From positions 43,772,001 to 43,836,000 of the forward strand of contig NC_092355.1 in NCBI RefSeq assembly GCF_963676685.1: a stretch of 64,000 nucleotides of DNA, in the 5' to 3' direction. Below, in pieces: positions 53,361-64,000 of the stretch (positions within the stretch are counted from its first letter, which is position 1; each line of letters opens with the position of its first letter). Both the position numbers and the translations under genes were made by a program. The notes under the pieces are model-generated. The model was not told where the DNA came from. It ran no database searches and worked only from the letters and a program-made list of their open reading frames with translations. Source of the stretch: Mytilus edulis (Eukaryota).

Positions 53361-53520
53361 GAGCCCAGGTGGTCGTGTGGTATAGCGGGACGGCTGCAGT
53401 GCAGGCGATTTGGTGTCACGATATCACAGTAGCATGGGTTCGAATCCCGGCGAGGGAAGAACCAAAAATTTGCGAAAGCAAATTTACAGATCTAACATTG
53501 TTGGGTTGATGTTTAGACGA
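53361..53520 (+). mobile_element. tRNA-like module (A box TGGTCGTGTGG, B box GGTTCGAATCC at 53437-53447)
   Basis: Pol III boxes with Leu/Ser-tRNA-like long spacing but no clean cloverleaf; second copy at 25213. Confidence 0.65.
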
Positions 53521-54978
53521 GTTGTATATACATTATGTACAAAGCCATGTATCACCATCATTGATGGCGATCCGATGGATACATCTGTTGTAGAGTTGTC
53601 ACTGACTCAGACGTACTTATATATATATATGTATACATATAAACAAGTCTAAATTGAAAACTACGTTCAAACCTATGATTGCGTTGGATAAAAACCGCAA
53701 TTTTTATACGTGTTACAAATTTCGTTGTAGAAGGGTCTAAATACATATATATATATATATATATATTTCTAAAAATCTAGAAAAGGGCTACTCCCTTGAA
53801 AAAAAATATTCAATCAAAATACAAATAAATGTTAACGGGAATGTTTTCATAGTACACGGATATCCAACTCGCTATTTCATTTCCTATTTACCGTAGACAA
53901 TGAAATTGGGGGTCAAAACTATGTTGGCATTAAGATTAGAAGGATCAACTCATAGGGAACATGTGTACTAGGTTTCAAATTAATCGGATTTCAACTTCAT
54001 CAACACTACCTTGACCAAAACCTAATAAAAAAAATAATCTGAAGCGTGACAGCCGGAAGAACGAACAGACGTCAAAAAAGATGGAAGAAAGACGGACGAA
54101 AAAATGAACGGACGGAGGAACGTATACACAGACCGAAAAACAAATATGATAAACATGAAATGTAAGCATTAATTTAAAAGTTCTTAAAAACTATGATTGG
54201 TGAGGTAGACCTCTCAAAAATAGAAGTTCCAACAATTATTACGCCTTACTTGTTTAAAATCCGAAGAAAAAAATGATCCGCTTTCAACCGCTTCAGAAAT
54301 CTTTTCGGTTTGAACATGTTGAAATTAAAGATTATTCAGTTCAAGAATTTTCATCGTTTTGAATGGCTGTAACATCAAATTCGTTGTCCAGTATCTCGAA
54401 TTGTTCTAAAATTGCATACCATGTAAAATATTACCACCAACTTTGCCACACACTATCATCTTAGAATCAGCAAAGAAAATAAACGCTTGTGGTTCTAACC
54501 AATTCATAAAATTTCAAAACTATTTTTTTTTAATCAAATACGCTGATCCTCATAACAGAGGATGTGATGTTTTCGAAAATATATGTTCTAAAACCCAATG
54601 TTTTCCTTGAGGTATTTGAATTTTATCATCGAAACACCAACAATGTTTACAGACTGTTTTTTTTATGTTTTTTGTTTTGTTTATAGCAGACCGTACTGAT
54701 ACCAGTAGTTTGAAATATTTGAAAATTGAATTAAAAAAAAAAAACTTCCTTTTAAATATGGTCCTAACTCTTGGTATACAGTATTAAATCTGACAGAATC
54801 ATTTGTGTCATTGACCCACATTTTAGTTTTTAATTCATACGTGTAGCCTTTGATTAACTTTCCGGGAAGTAATACCTAAATAAATAATAATGACAATGGT
54901 TTTGCAGGATATTGTTTGACCTTCAGTTTTTCAATATTTACAAAAAAAATATAATCATATATGATGGTGTTCAATAAC

Positions 54979-55822
54979 ATGAAAACCTTCTGCGTGTTGT
55001 TTTACCTTATATTTCAGGGTAAGTTTTTTGTAATTGTTCTAAACAAAAATTGTAACATAATATCAAAGGAGGGCGACTTGAAATCTTAAATCAGCTTTAA
55101 ATTGCCTTTTCCGTTATCAAATAATTAAGTTGTTCGGAAAAAATGAAATGAATGTTGCTTGGTGTTGTCAATGTTGACTTATGATTTTTGACATCTTCAT
55201 TTAGTATTTTTTGCCTCTTCTAGTGCCTCCACTGTTTTCGACGAGGACAATACTTGTTTCCCTTGACCATTCGTTCGTCTTTTCGTCCATAGTTTCGTCC
55301 GTCCTAGTTTCGTTTCCGCACTCCAACTTCAGTTTGCCTTATACAATTATGAGTATTTGTGTCCTTAGACACATTTTCCTTTTATTTAAAGGTAGTGACT
55401 GTAATTTAAAAAAACATCATACATAAAAGAGCATAACTGTTTTTATTTAATCTGTTGTTTTACAGTCATTATTCAAGCAGTCCAAGTTAGTCTAAAAGGA
55501 CCACAGTATGCGAGAAGGAATGCTGCTTTTAAAGTAATTTGTTCTTCAGACAAAATACCGATTGGCTTAACTGCTGATTTTCTCATAAATGAAAAAACAC
55601 ACACAAATTTACGAAGAGGTGATGATGGGTGTTACTCCGCACTATTAAAAACAAGATGTCCGTCGGATTCTTCAGTATGTTCCTGCAGTAAAAATGGAAC
55701 TGTATATGGATTAGTCATACAAGCATCGGAACCAACAAATACTATGACTATAATGTGTTCAATGAAATTTAAAAATGGAAGAGAGTTTTCTAAAAATGAC
55801 ATCTTGATCGTTAAGGTTCATG
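54979..55822 (+). CDS. Secreted or surface protein: signal peptide exon (54979-55018) and Cys-rich Ig-like exon (55466-55822); further exons not found
   Basis: MKTFCVLFYLIFQ G|gtaagt; ttttacag acceptor, 357-nt open phase 1-1 exon VSLKGPQYA..FKVICSS..CSCS..TIMCSMKF..LIVKVH G|gtgagt. Absent from the ORF track. Confidence 0.75.
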
Positions 55823-57374
55823 GTGAGTATCCATTGTATTTTGATGAAATGACAACAACACAACATGGTGTGATATGCATGTAAGTTGTGCACTTGTAGG
55901 ACCAGTAAGTACGGTGGTTATTGTCTTAAAAAATCTTGTTAGCAAACAAGCTCCTGCATTTTTTTAAAGAGCCTTTAATTACATGAACCATTAGAAAGCT
56001 TTTTCCAAACGGAAACTACTATAGAGTAAAACGTTTTAAATGATGTTTTTGGAAATCATAAATCAGGATCGACAAAGGCCAAAATGTTGATGTGTCAGTT
56101 TTTAATACTTCTTTAAAACTCTACGTAGGTTATTTGGTTATTGCTTTTTCATTAACGTAACTATACTCATTTTCCTTTTTCGTTAAAAAATAGAAATAAA
56201 TTACTTTAGCTCTTTTTCTAACCGGCTGTATAACCTAGTTAAAGTGGGCTATGTTGGATGTAAATGTAAGCAGTCTTGCTCATTTAAATTGTAGATATTA
56301 AGTCAGATTCCTCGTGTAAGGATAATGTCCTTTTTTCTGTGCATTTAAACCTTTGTTGCATTTTAATCTTTCCGTGTGCCATCCAGAGGTGAATCTAGAT
56401 GGGCCCAGGGAGGCCTTTTTTTCTGGAAAAAAAATTTTGTCGATTATATAGTGAAACACTAAAGCATGAATGGGGCGGTCCAGCACTAAGGCAGTTAGTG
56501 GGCCCCCACTTTCGAAAATTTCTGGATCCACCAATGCGGCATCAGTTGTATTTTAGAAGGCAACATTTAAAAAAAATCGCTAGTTTTATTTTAAACGACC
56601 TCTATTAGTTTTAACAAATATTGAAGTAGTTTATTACTGAAGTCATAAAAAATCGCTCTTTACTCGCTCTTAATTTTTTTAGAATACAATCCCAGCTAGT
56701 GTTCAGCCCGAATTACCGTAAAGATTTAGGTTAAATCATAAATTCCCGGTATGATAATATAAAATCTATCTACAGTATTTATTGTTAACATGATATGTCG
56801 TTAAAATAATGCATGAAAAATTTGAGCCTGGACGTAATGTTTATTTCGTGTGTCTTGAGTGTTGTTCAGATCCTCAGTTTATGATTTGAAGAGCTTTTAA
56901 AATATTATTTTAATCATATAACTGTTGACAAAGGGGAAGTAAATTCTGCTGAAAGCCCGCAGTGCAATATCCGGATTAATATAAAAAGGCATCATCGGAG
57001 CTCGAGTTCATAAGTACACAATAATTTACATTGTAAAGGATTGATTCAACTTAACTAGAATTATTTGTATGTTCGCTTTAAATGAGCATCAAATACTTGC
57101 AACTGGACAATAAGCAATTTTAGTCAAAAGTTAGTTCATGTGCTACAGATTAAATTTGCAATTATGCTAATCATTATCAACTGACATGGAACAAACAAAT
57201 GCAAATAAACGAATTGACGTTATTGATTCACTTAGCACATGCATTTAAGGTAGTTCATAAGTATATATTTTTTTAGACAGATTTTTTTTTTATAATTTGC
57301 CAAAATGAAGATTTTACTATACTCTTTTCAAAAATTTAATAAAAGGCATGGGTCACCGTGCTATTTTTCAAGCT

Positions 57375-60300
57375 CACTGGGGTAAAGCTGATGACCGTAA
57401 CTGCATTCACGGTCATCCCAAGATGTCGGATGAAAATTTAGGTCAGAATTTGTATTGTCTGTTTAAGTGTTTCTAAAGCATTTTTTTTTACAAAACATAC
57501 CTTGGTACGATGTAAATTTGTAAAAGAATCACACGGAATCAACAAATTTCTACCAAGAAAAGTGTATGAAACAGGAAATTGGATTTGAAAAAATCGCTAA
57601 GATGACCGTAAATCATAATCGAGATGACCGTAACAGGATCAGCGATTCATAACAAGGGTGACCGTAATTGGCTAAAAGATGACCGTAATTTGTGAAGATG
57701 ACCGTAACTTTTAAACTTTTAAGGATGACCGTCAATTCTAAGAAATATTCATATTTGTATTCATAACTGTTTGTTGAGTTTGTCTCAATAGGGGCTCGTT
57801 TAGCGGTTATAAAATATAAATATGTTTTATCAATTTCTTTTCAACTATTTGCCGTATTTAGAATTTATGACAATGATAGTAAATTGCATATTTCTCGTAA
57901 ATAATTAAATATTTATTGATAACAACGTTAAAATTTGAATACACATCTTTTTTTTTTGTATTGTTTCAATCAGGGTCCCAAAGCGGGCATTTACAATTAT
58001 CAATAATGAAAGTATATATGCAACAAACATTGTACATTATATAACGTGACAGATATTATAATAGACGAATGAAAATAGTATTAATAACAAAAATACATTA
58101 AAAGTTCCTTTTCCCCCTTCCTTCCTTATTATCATTATTATTTCTATGTCCAGCAATGCACCAAAAAAAAAAAATACATTAAAAGTAAAGTTTGAACAAA
58201 CTTAAATTATTATTTATAAAGATGGAAATTTGTTTATCGGTAGGAGACACCAAGGGACGGTGCTGTAGGATATGCTGTTGATTGCGATAGGCAATAACAG
58301 CAATCCTCCCCGTGTCAGAAGCAGATGAACAAAATAAATAGAGAAACTGAATCCTGTCACTTAACAAATATTTTTTTTAAATAACAACAATAGCTAATTT
58401 TGCGAAACATGGAATATAAATCTGCTATTTGCAGTGTTTAACCAGGAATATACACAACTCTTTTCATACAGTTCAGTTTTCACAAGACAGCAGCCTTAGC
58501 AAATTCTCTTGGGGAATTTAAGTTAATGAAATTGGAACATGATTCAGATGTGATATAAACGGTGTCTGTCTTCGTTATATTTTGTGCAATAAAAGAGAAA
58601 ATGAACTTCATTTTCAATATTACCAGAATTACATTGCTGACATAGTCTAACTTAAAGGTTTGGAGGAGTACCCTGGTATCGTTCTATTTCAATCTGCAAA
58701 TGGTCAGATGACATCCTCAATTTCGTTAATGATCTCCTACGCTAAAATTTTGTTATGATATTTATATAGATACTTTTCGAAATCATAATTATCCTTAACT
58801 TTCACATAAGTGCGGAGCTCTCCTGATTTCTTGGTCAGTTGATCCTTCCAAAATTTTTATGAACGTCTCTTTCAATATTTTCCTGATGGTATTATTTGAA
58901 ATATTTTTCCCATCATTTAGGTTTGCAAAACCAGGAAAGAGTTTTTAAAATGTGATGGAGAAAGCCATACTTTGACGATTTATACTTAGAACATAGATAT
59001 TTGAATGCTGGTAATAAAGGAAATTATTCTAAATTTTCTAGTCTAAGCCAATAATTCAAAATAGACCTCACTAATTAAAAGTACAGTCAAAACCGACCAA
59101 GTTTCAGATAAGGCTGCACAAATTGTGTTTTTATTTGAAGAATGAATTTACAAAATTTACTGTGTAGCTTTTCACAAGTTAAATTTGAATTAATTTTATC
59201 CATGCAAATTAGTTGGTTTTCATATCTAAATTATTCCATGTAGAAGAATAAGCTTAATAGCATGATCAAAAACATGCATAAAGTACTAGTTTTAAGGATT
59301 TAGAGATGATATGCCTATTAATATTTATGGTCTAGAGATTTTTCCAAATAGTTGGGAAGGTCATTGATGAAAATCTTGAACAGGTTAGGACTAATGTTAT
59401 CTCCTTGTATAACTCCAAACTGTGTAGGTAAGAATATAATACAAATTGACAGCGATACGACGAAAAGTTGAAGAAAACAAACATTGACTAAACATAAGAT
59501 TATCCAGCGAAATCAGATAAAAATCTCAATATCTGCCTTGAAATATACAAACAGTCCCTTGACAATACCGGATCCGATGGAACTGAAAAATTTATCCTGC
59601 ATTCAGTTGATTTAACTGAGATTAAACATTCCGACATTTAGTAACAAATGAAAAGCTATATGTTCAGTAAATATTCCATTAGATAAGGATTTCAATACGG
59701 AATTGAAGTCTTTGTATCGCCCTATCTCTTTTAGGTTTGCTTCAATATTTGGCAATAGTTCATAAATATAAAAAAAATATGGTATAATTGCCAATTAGAC
59801 AACTTTTCAAAAGACAACTCTCCACTGGAGAACAAAATGACACAGACATCAACAACTATAGGTCACCGGACGGTCTTCAACAATGAGCAAAGTACATACC
59901 GCATAGTCAGTATAAAAGGCCCCCTAAATAACAATGTAAAATAAATTCAAACGAGAAAACTAACGACCTAATAAAGTTCATTTTTAATTTCGTTGGACAC
60001 CCTTCTTGGACATAATCGCCACTGACTTTAAAATTGGAGGAACATCTTTTGAATGCTGTAGTTAGTTCTTCTAAATTTGTAATTTTGTTTTCACTTGTAT
60101 AATTTAGATTTTTTACATTACTATATACATTGTACATCGGATAGAATTAGAAATGTAAAAATTGTTGAACAATCCAACCCCCTTGTATATATAAAAGGTG
60201 CCCTCCCATAATATATATACAACACTATCGTGCAAAGCAGGTGCAACATATATACACCTGTTTCCTTGAGTTATACTACAGACAGGTTAAAATGTTTACA

Positions 60301-60820
60301 TTGTAAGCACATTGTCTACAATATAGCTCATGTTTAAAGCTAGCAAGATTCCTCTTTCATTCGGATACGATTTAATACAGTTGGTGAACTATGTATTTGA
60401 AGCAAGTCTTATATTCTTCTACCTATAGGATAATGCAGTCTTATAAATACGTTTTATACCAACACAATCAATTATTTGATACAAAAAAGGTAATACAAAT
60501 ACGGATATTTGTTAGAATCGATGGTGATCATTTATAAATTACGGTCATCCTTTACAAATTACGGTCATCTTTTTATCAATCACGGTCATCCTTGTTTTAT
60601 GTTACGGTCATCTTGAAAATATTTTACTGACGATTTACGGTCATCTTAGCGATTTTTTCAAATCCAATTTCCTGTTTCATACACATTTCTGGGTAGTAAT
60701 ATGTGATTTCCGTGTGATTCTTTTATGCATTTACATCGTACCAATGTATGCTTTGTAAAGAAAATCCGACATCTTGGGATGACCGTTAATGCAGTTACGG
60801 TCATCAGCTTTACCCCAGTG
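57375..60820. mobile_element. Non-autonomous DNA transposon with CACTGGG..CCCAGTG ends, about 300-bp TIRs and 5-bp TSD AAGCT (Transib/RAG-like geometry)
   Basis: AAGCT at 57370-57374 and 60821-60825; long TIRs carrying many GATGACCGTAA motifs. Confidence 0.85.
58440..59440 (-). mobile_element. L2/CR1-like LINE remnant nested in the CAC-ended element
   Basis: GVIQGDNISPNLFKIFINDLP (about 59350-59420), CEKLHSKFCKFIL, LQIEIERY..RLCQQCNSGNIENEVHFLFYC (about 58585-58700). Confidence 0.75.
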
Positions 60821-61803
60821 AAGCTATGAGTCGTTGAAAATTGCCAAAATCTGGTTAGTTTGTTCATGAAAATACACATAAGTGTGTATAAAAAAAATCC
60901 TAAAAGTATGAGATAGAATTTTGAAATAAATTGTGAGAAGATAGGTTTTCTAATATGTTTTAAAGGGGCACTAGCTGCCAAAATCATGTTTACCGATTTG
61001 ACTCAAATTCTCATATTTTATTTATAACAATGTAAAAACATGTTTCTAAACTATCAAAAGTATAAAATAATCAATTTACAGGACATGGTCTCAATAAGAT
61101 GTAGCTATGTTTTGTGTGAATTTTAGCTAAGACGACATTTAATTTACTATCGAGTTGACCGTTTATGACCATATAAGCGATTTAAACACAAACATAGATA
61201 TAAACATGATAAATAGATTAAGAAACTCGTGCACTTGGATTTTTAAAGGTCTGTTAATTTTGTATTATAGATTAAAAATTTATCGTCGTTTTTACCTATA
61301 TGTAAGAATGATGTTTTGTGGATCGAATCGGTAAATCAAATTAGTTACCTTTGTGTCACTTTCAATGTTGACATTCTTATCCTTTAAATATCCGTACACG
61401 GACAATGCATGCGTTATTCTATCTCTTTCTACTGGGTTAAATTGGAGTTCACATGAATACGGATTTAATGAGGTCGACTTATTCACTTGCAAGTGAATAA
61501 TTCATAATCAATGTTGATTAGCTTAATTTGACAAAATTGAACCATTTTAGCTGATAAAAGCAAATTATTATTTCACTATTTCACTTTTATTAATGATTGA
61601 ACAAAAAAAAATCATTCTTAAGATTTTTTAACAAAAAAAATCATTCTTTAGATTTTTTTATACATCTCGTAGCTAGTGCCCCTTAAAGAAAATAAAAAGA
61701 AAACATGGTCTCACCGAACTTGTTTTCTTGCTACAAGTAAAAATTAAAAATTGACATAAGACATAAGACATAAGACATTTTATTTCACTAAAGCCCCCAC
61801 ATG

Positions 61804-62100
61804 CACTGGTGGTAAGCGGATGGTCGTAACTAAAAGTTACGACCATCCGGAGATGGGAGACAACTCTAGGCATAAGTTTTTCTTTTCCGATTTTTGTGCA
61901 CTAAAAGGTTCATTTGAACCAAACCGCTTGTCTCGTACATACTATTCGACAGTCCGGTGATATTAAAACCAAATTTGATGCATTAAAACATTCCAATTTT
62001 CGTAAAATAGTCATTCAAAAATTCAAGCATGATGGTCGTAACTAAAAAAACAAAATATTGAGGATGGTCGTAACTTAAATTTGTGATGGTCGTAACTCTG
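61804..62100. mobile_element. Left end of a second, related CACTGG-ended element
   Basis: CACTGGTGGTAAGCG GATGGTCGTAAC taaaa GTTACGACCATC, with GATGGTCGTAACT repeats at about 62031, 62063 and 62085; other end not seen. Confidence 0.6.
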
Positions 62101-63472
62101 TTTTAAATAAGACCGAATAAGGCAAGTCAAGAGTTTTAAACGTGTCTTTTATTATATGCATACTAGTATTTCATATGATGTACTTCTGAAGATTTTTTTT
62201 TTCATTTTTTACATACAATGTAAAATAAAGCAATTTCAATGCGTGTAACACTTATCAATTCAGAAATTTTAAAAGTTTTCAAATATTAGTTTTGGGGAAT
62301 TTTGATTGAAGTTCGATTTAAAATTCCAAATTTTTCAAATGTAACCGAACCAGTTAAGAGTTCTAAACCTGTCTTCTGTTATATGAATATATCATATATC
62401 ATATTATATATTTGTGAAGTTGTTTTCACCAAATAATAAAAACTAGATGGAGAGAGGGATACCTGTAAAGAAGAAAATTGGAACGAATCGAACGAAACAA
62501 TACAAAATGAAATGAACAGTCATATATTCTTAAAATATAATGTATAAAATTAATAAAGAGGCAAATAGTTGAATTAATGTAAGCGGTTAAATTCATTAAC
62601 AATGTAAATTTCTCAAAAGTGGAGAAATCATTTTAAAACAAGAAACACAGCTCTGGTTATGATCATTCTTTGTTAGAAATTAAAAGCACAAAATGTATCA
62701 AATTCATGTAATTGTTTTAATTACAAAATAAATGAGTTTAAGAAACAAATTAACAAATTGGACATCACATGAAATAGCAGTATCCTATTTTTTTTTTCGA
62801 TTGGAATTCGCATCTATTGCAAACATAAACTTTTTGAGGATGTACTTACTAGTTGATTTTTTTAAATCTTCAATTGAAGAATGATACATTAAGTCGAAAG
62901 AGTATTAATAAGGAGTCAAAATTAGCTTAACATATTGATAGGTTATGAAGGTCGTTATCGAGACTAGAGCATACCCGCGAATTCGCAGGTCCGTACCTGA
63001 GTTTTAAAAAGAACATACGCTTTATTTTTAGCCTGGATGCTTAGACGTCATATTGTTGTTTGGTGAAATCAAGCTAATAATCAGGTGCACAGTAATGCCC
63101 AATGACGAAGTCCATGAGTAGCTTGTAGCCATTCATACAATGTAAACATATAACTTACACATGATTTTCAACCTGCATACCGGAATTTGTATGTAATAAT
63201 TGCCGCAGTACATTTAGTTTGACCTAAGTTTTTGTAACATTATCCTGGCTACAAACAAGTATTTTATTTTACTCTTAAATTCAGTGCATGTAGCAGTGTA
63301 AAATATATATCAACAATTTTCCTACTTTCGAAGTTAACACAATGATCATTGCGACACCATGGATTCAGTTTTCATTCCGTACCAATACTTAGAACTAATA
63401 TCAATACTATACAGCAATATATAATCGTTATGTAATCGATAAAAAATAACGACAACACGTAATAAAATCCTG

Positions 63473-63601
63473 GGTTGAGTTCAATATCGTAGCGGCTACG
63501 TAGCTGCTATCAATATCTATGTAACAACTAGTCTATAGCTGCATGTCCAATCGTCAAGATCTACGTAGCACTACGTAGCAGCTACGATATTGAACTCAAC
63601 C
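63473..63601. mobile_element. PIF/Harbinger-type MITE with CTG TSD
   Basis: CTG|GGTTGAGTTCAATATCGTAGC..GCTACGATATTGAACTCAACC|CTG. Confidence 0.75.
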
Positions 63602-64000
63602 CTGACTCAGAAGTGCATTTGTGGATTCTATTTCCTCATGAACGACCAAAAGACGAATATTTGAAGGCCAATAGTTTATAAGACAATAACAATTTAAAAA
63701 AAGTCAAGGAGTAAACAAAGACTCAAAAACTCTAAGACATAAGAGCTGCAATAAATGATTTAAAGATGATTGTTCAGACTGTACGTTTAATAATTTCATC
63801 TGCCGACATGATTGCAGATAAAAAAAAGTCGTAAATAAAATATACTAAAAACAAATATAAGGGAATACACGTGCATTTAATAATTTAATGCCTTAACGTA
63901 CAGTAAAAAATATATCAATTCTCAACCCTAACATACTTTTTGGCTTAATGCGAGTTGATTAAATTGATGCACTTAATAAATTTGTAAAATCAAAGTTACA

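Noticed and set aside
53361-53456. Functional tRNA gene
   Set aside because: A and B boxes are present but acceptor and anticodon stems do not pair cleanly, and a diverged copy exists at 25213; treated as a repeat.
57590-57735. CRISPR-like array of GATGACCGTAA
   Set aside because: Eukaryotic context, 11-bp motif with short irregular spacers, mirrored at the other TIR; these are transposon subterminal repeats.
60658-60987. 109-aa ORF
   Set aside because: Runs through the right TIR and its flank; spurious.

Overview
AT-rich (visually about 30% GC) eukaryotic, intron-containing DNA. The repeat families and protein types point to a bivalve, probably Mytilus-like (inference). By reading GT-AG junctions and checking exon phases by hand I reconstructed four genes. 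(1) An 8-coding-exon minus-strand gene (46291-33533, about 802 aa) joining a DZIP3-type HEPN domain with an intact RNxxxH motif, two copies of an unnamed module, a CABIT domain, a Pro/Tyr-motif region and a C-terminal SAM domain, i.e. a putative RNase fused to a GAREM/THEMIS-like adaptor. (2) Directly downstream on the same strand, an 11-exon type I membrane receptor (30064-10124, about 566 aa) with a C-type-lectin/WSC-like ectodomain and a Tyr-motif-rich tail. (3) The 5' part of a tandem paralog of that receptor (3699-262, running off the window). (4) A divergently oriented signal peptide + Ig-like gene (54979-55822, probably continuing). The rest is dense mobile DNA: a near-complete Neptune-type Penelope-like element (PLE), a Naiad-type PLE, minimal type I hammerhead ribozymes (one directly in front of a tRNA-like module), a CAC-ended DNA element with a 5-bp TSD (Transib/RAG-like geometry), Helentron-type HINEs, Harbinger, RTE and L2/CR1-like remnants, SINEs and MITEs. 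Domain and family names come from motif recognition by eye; no database search was run.
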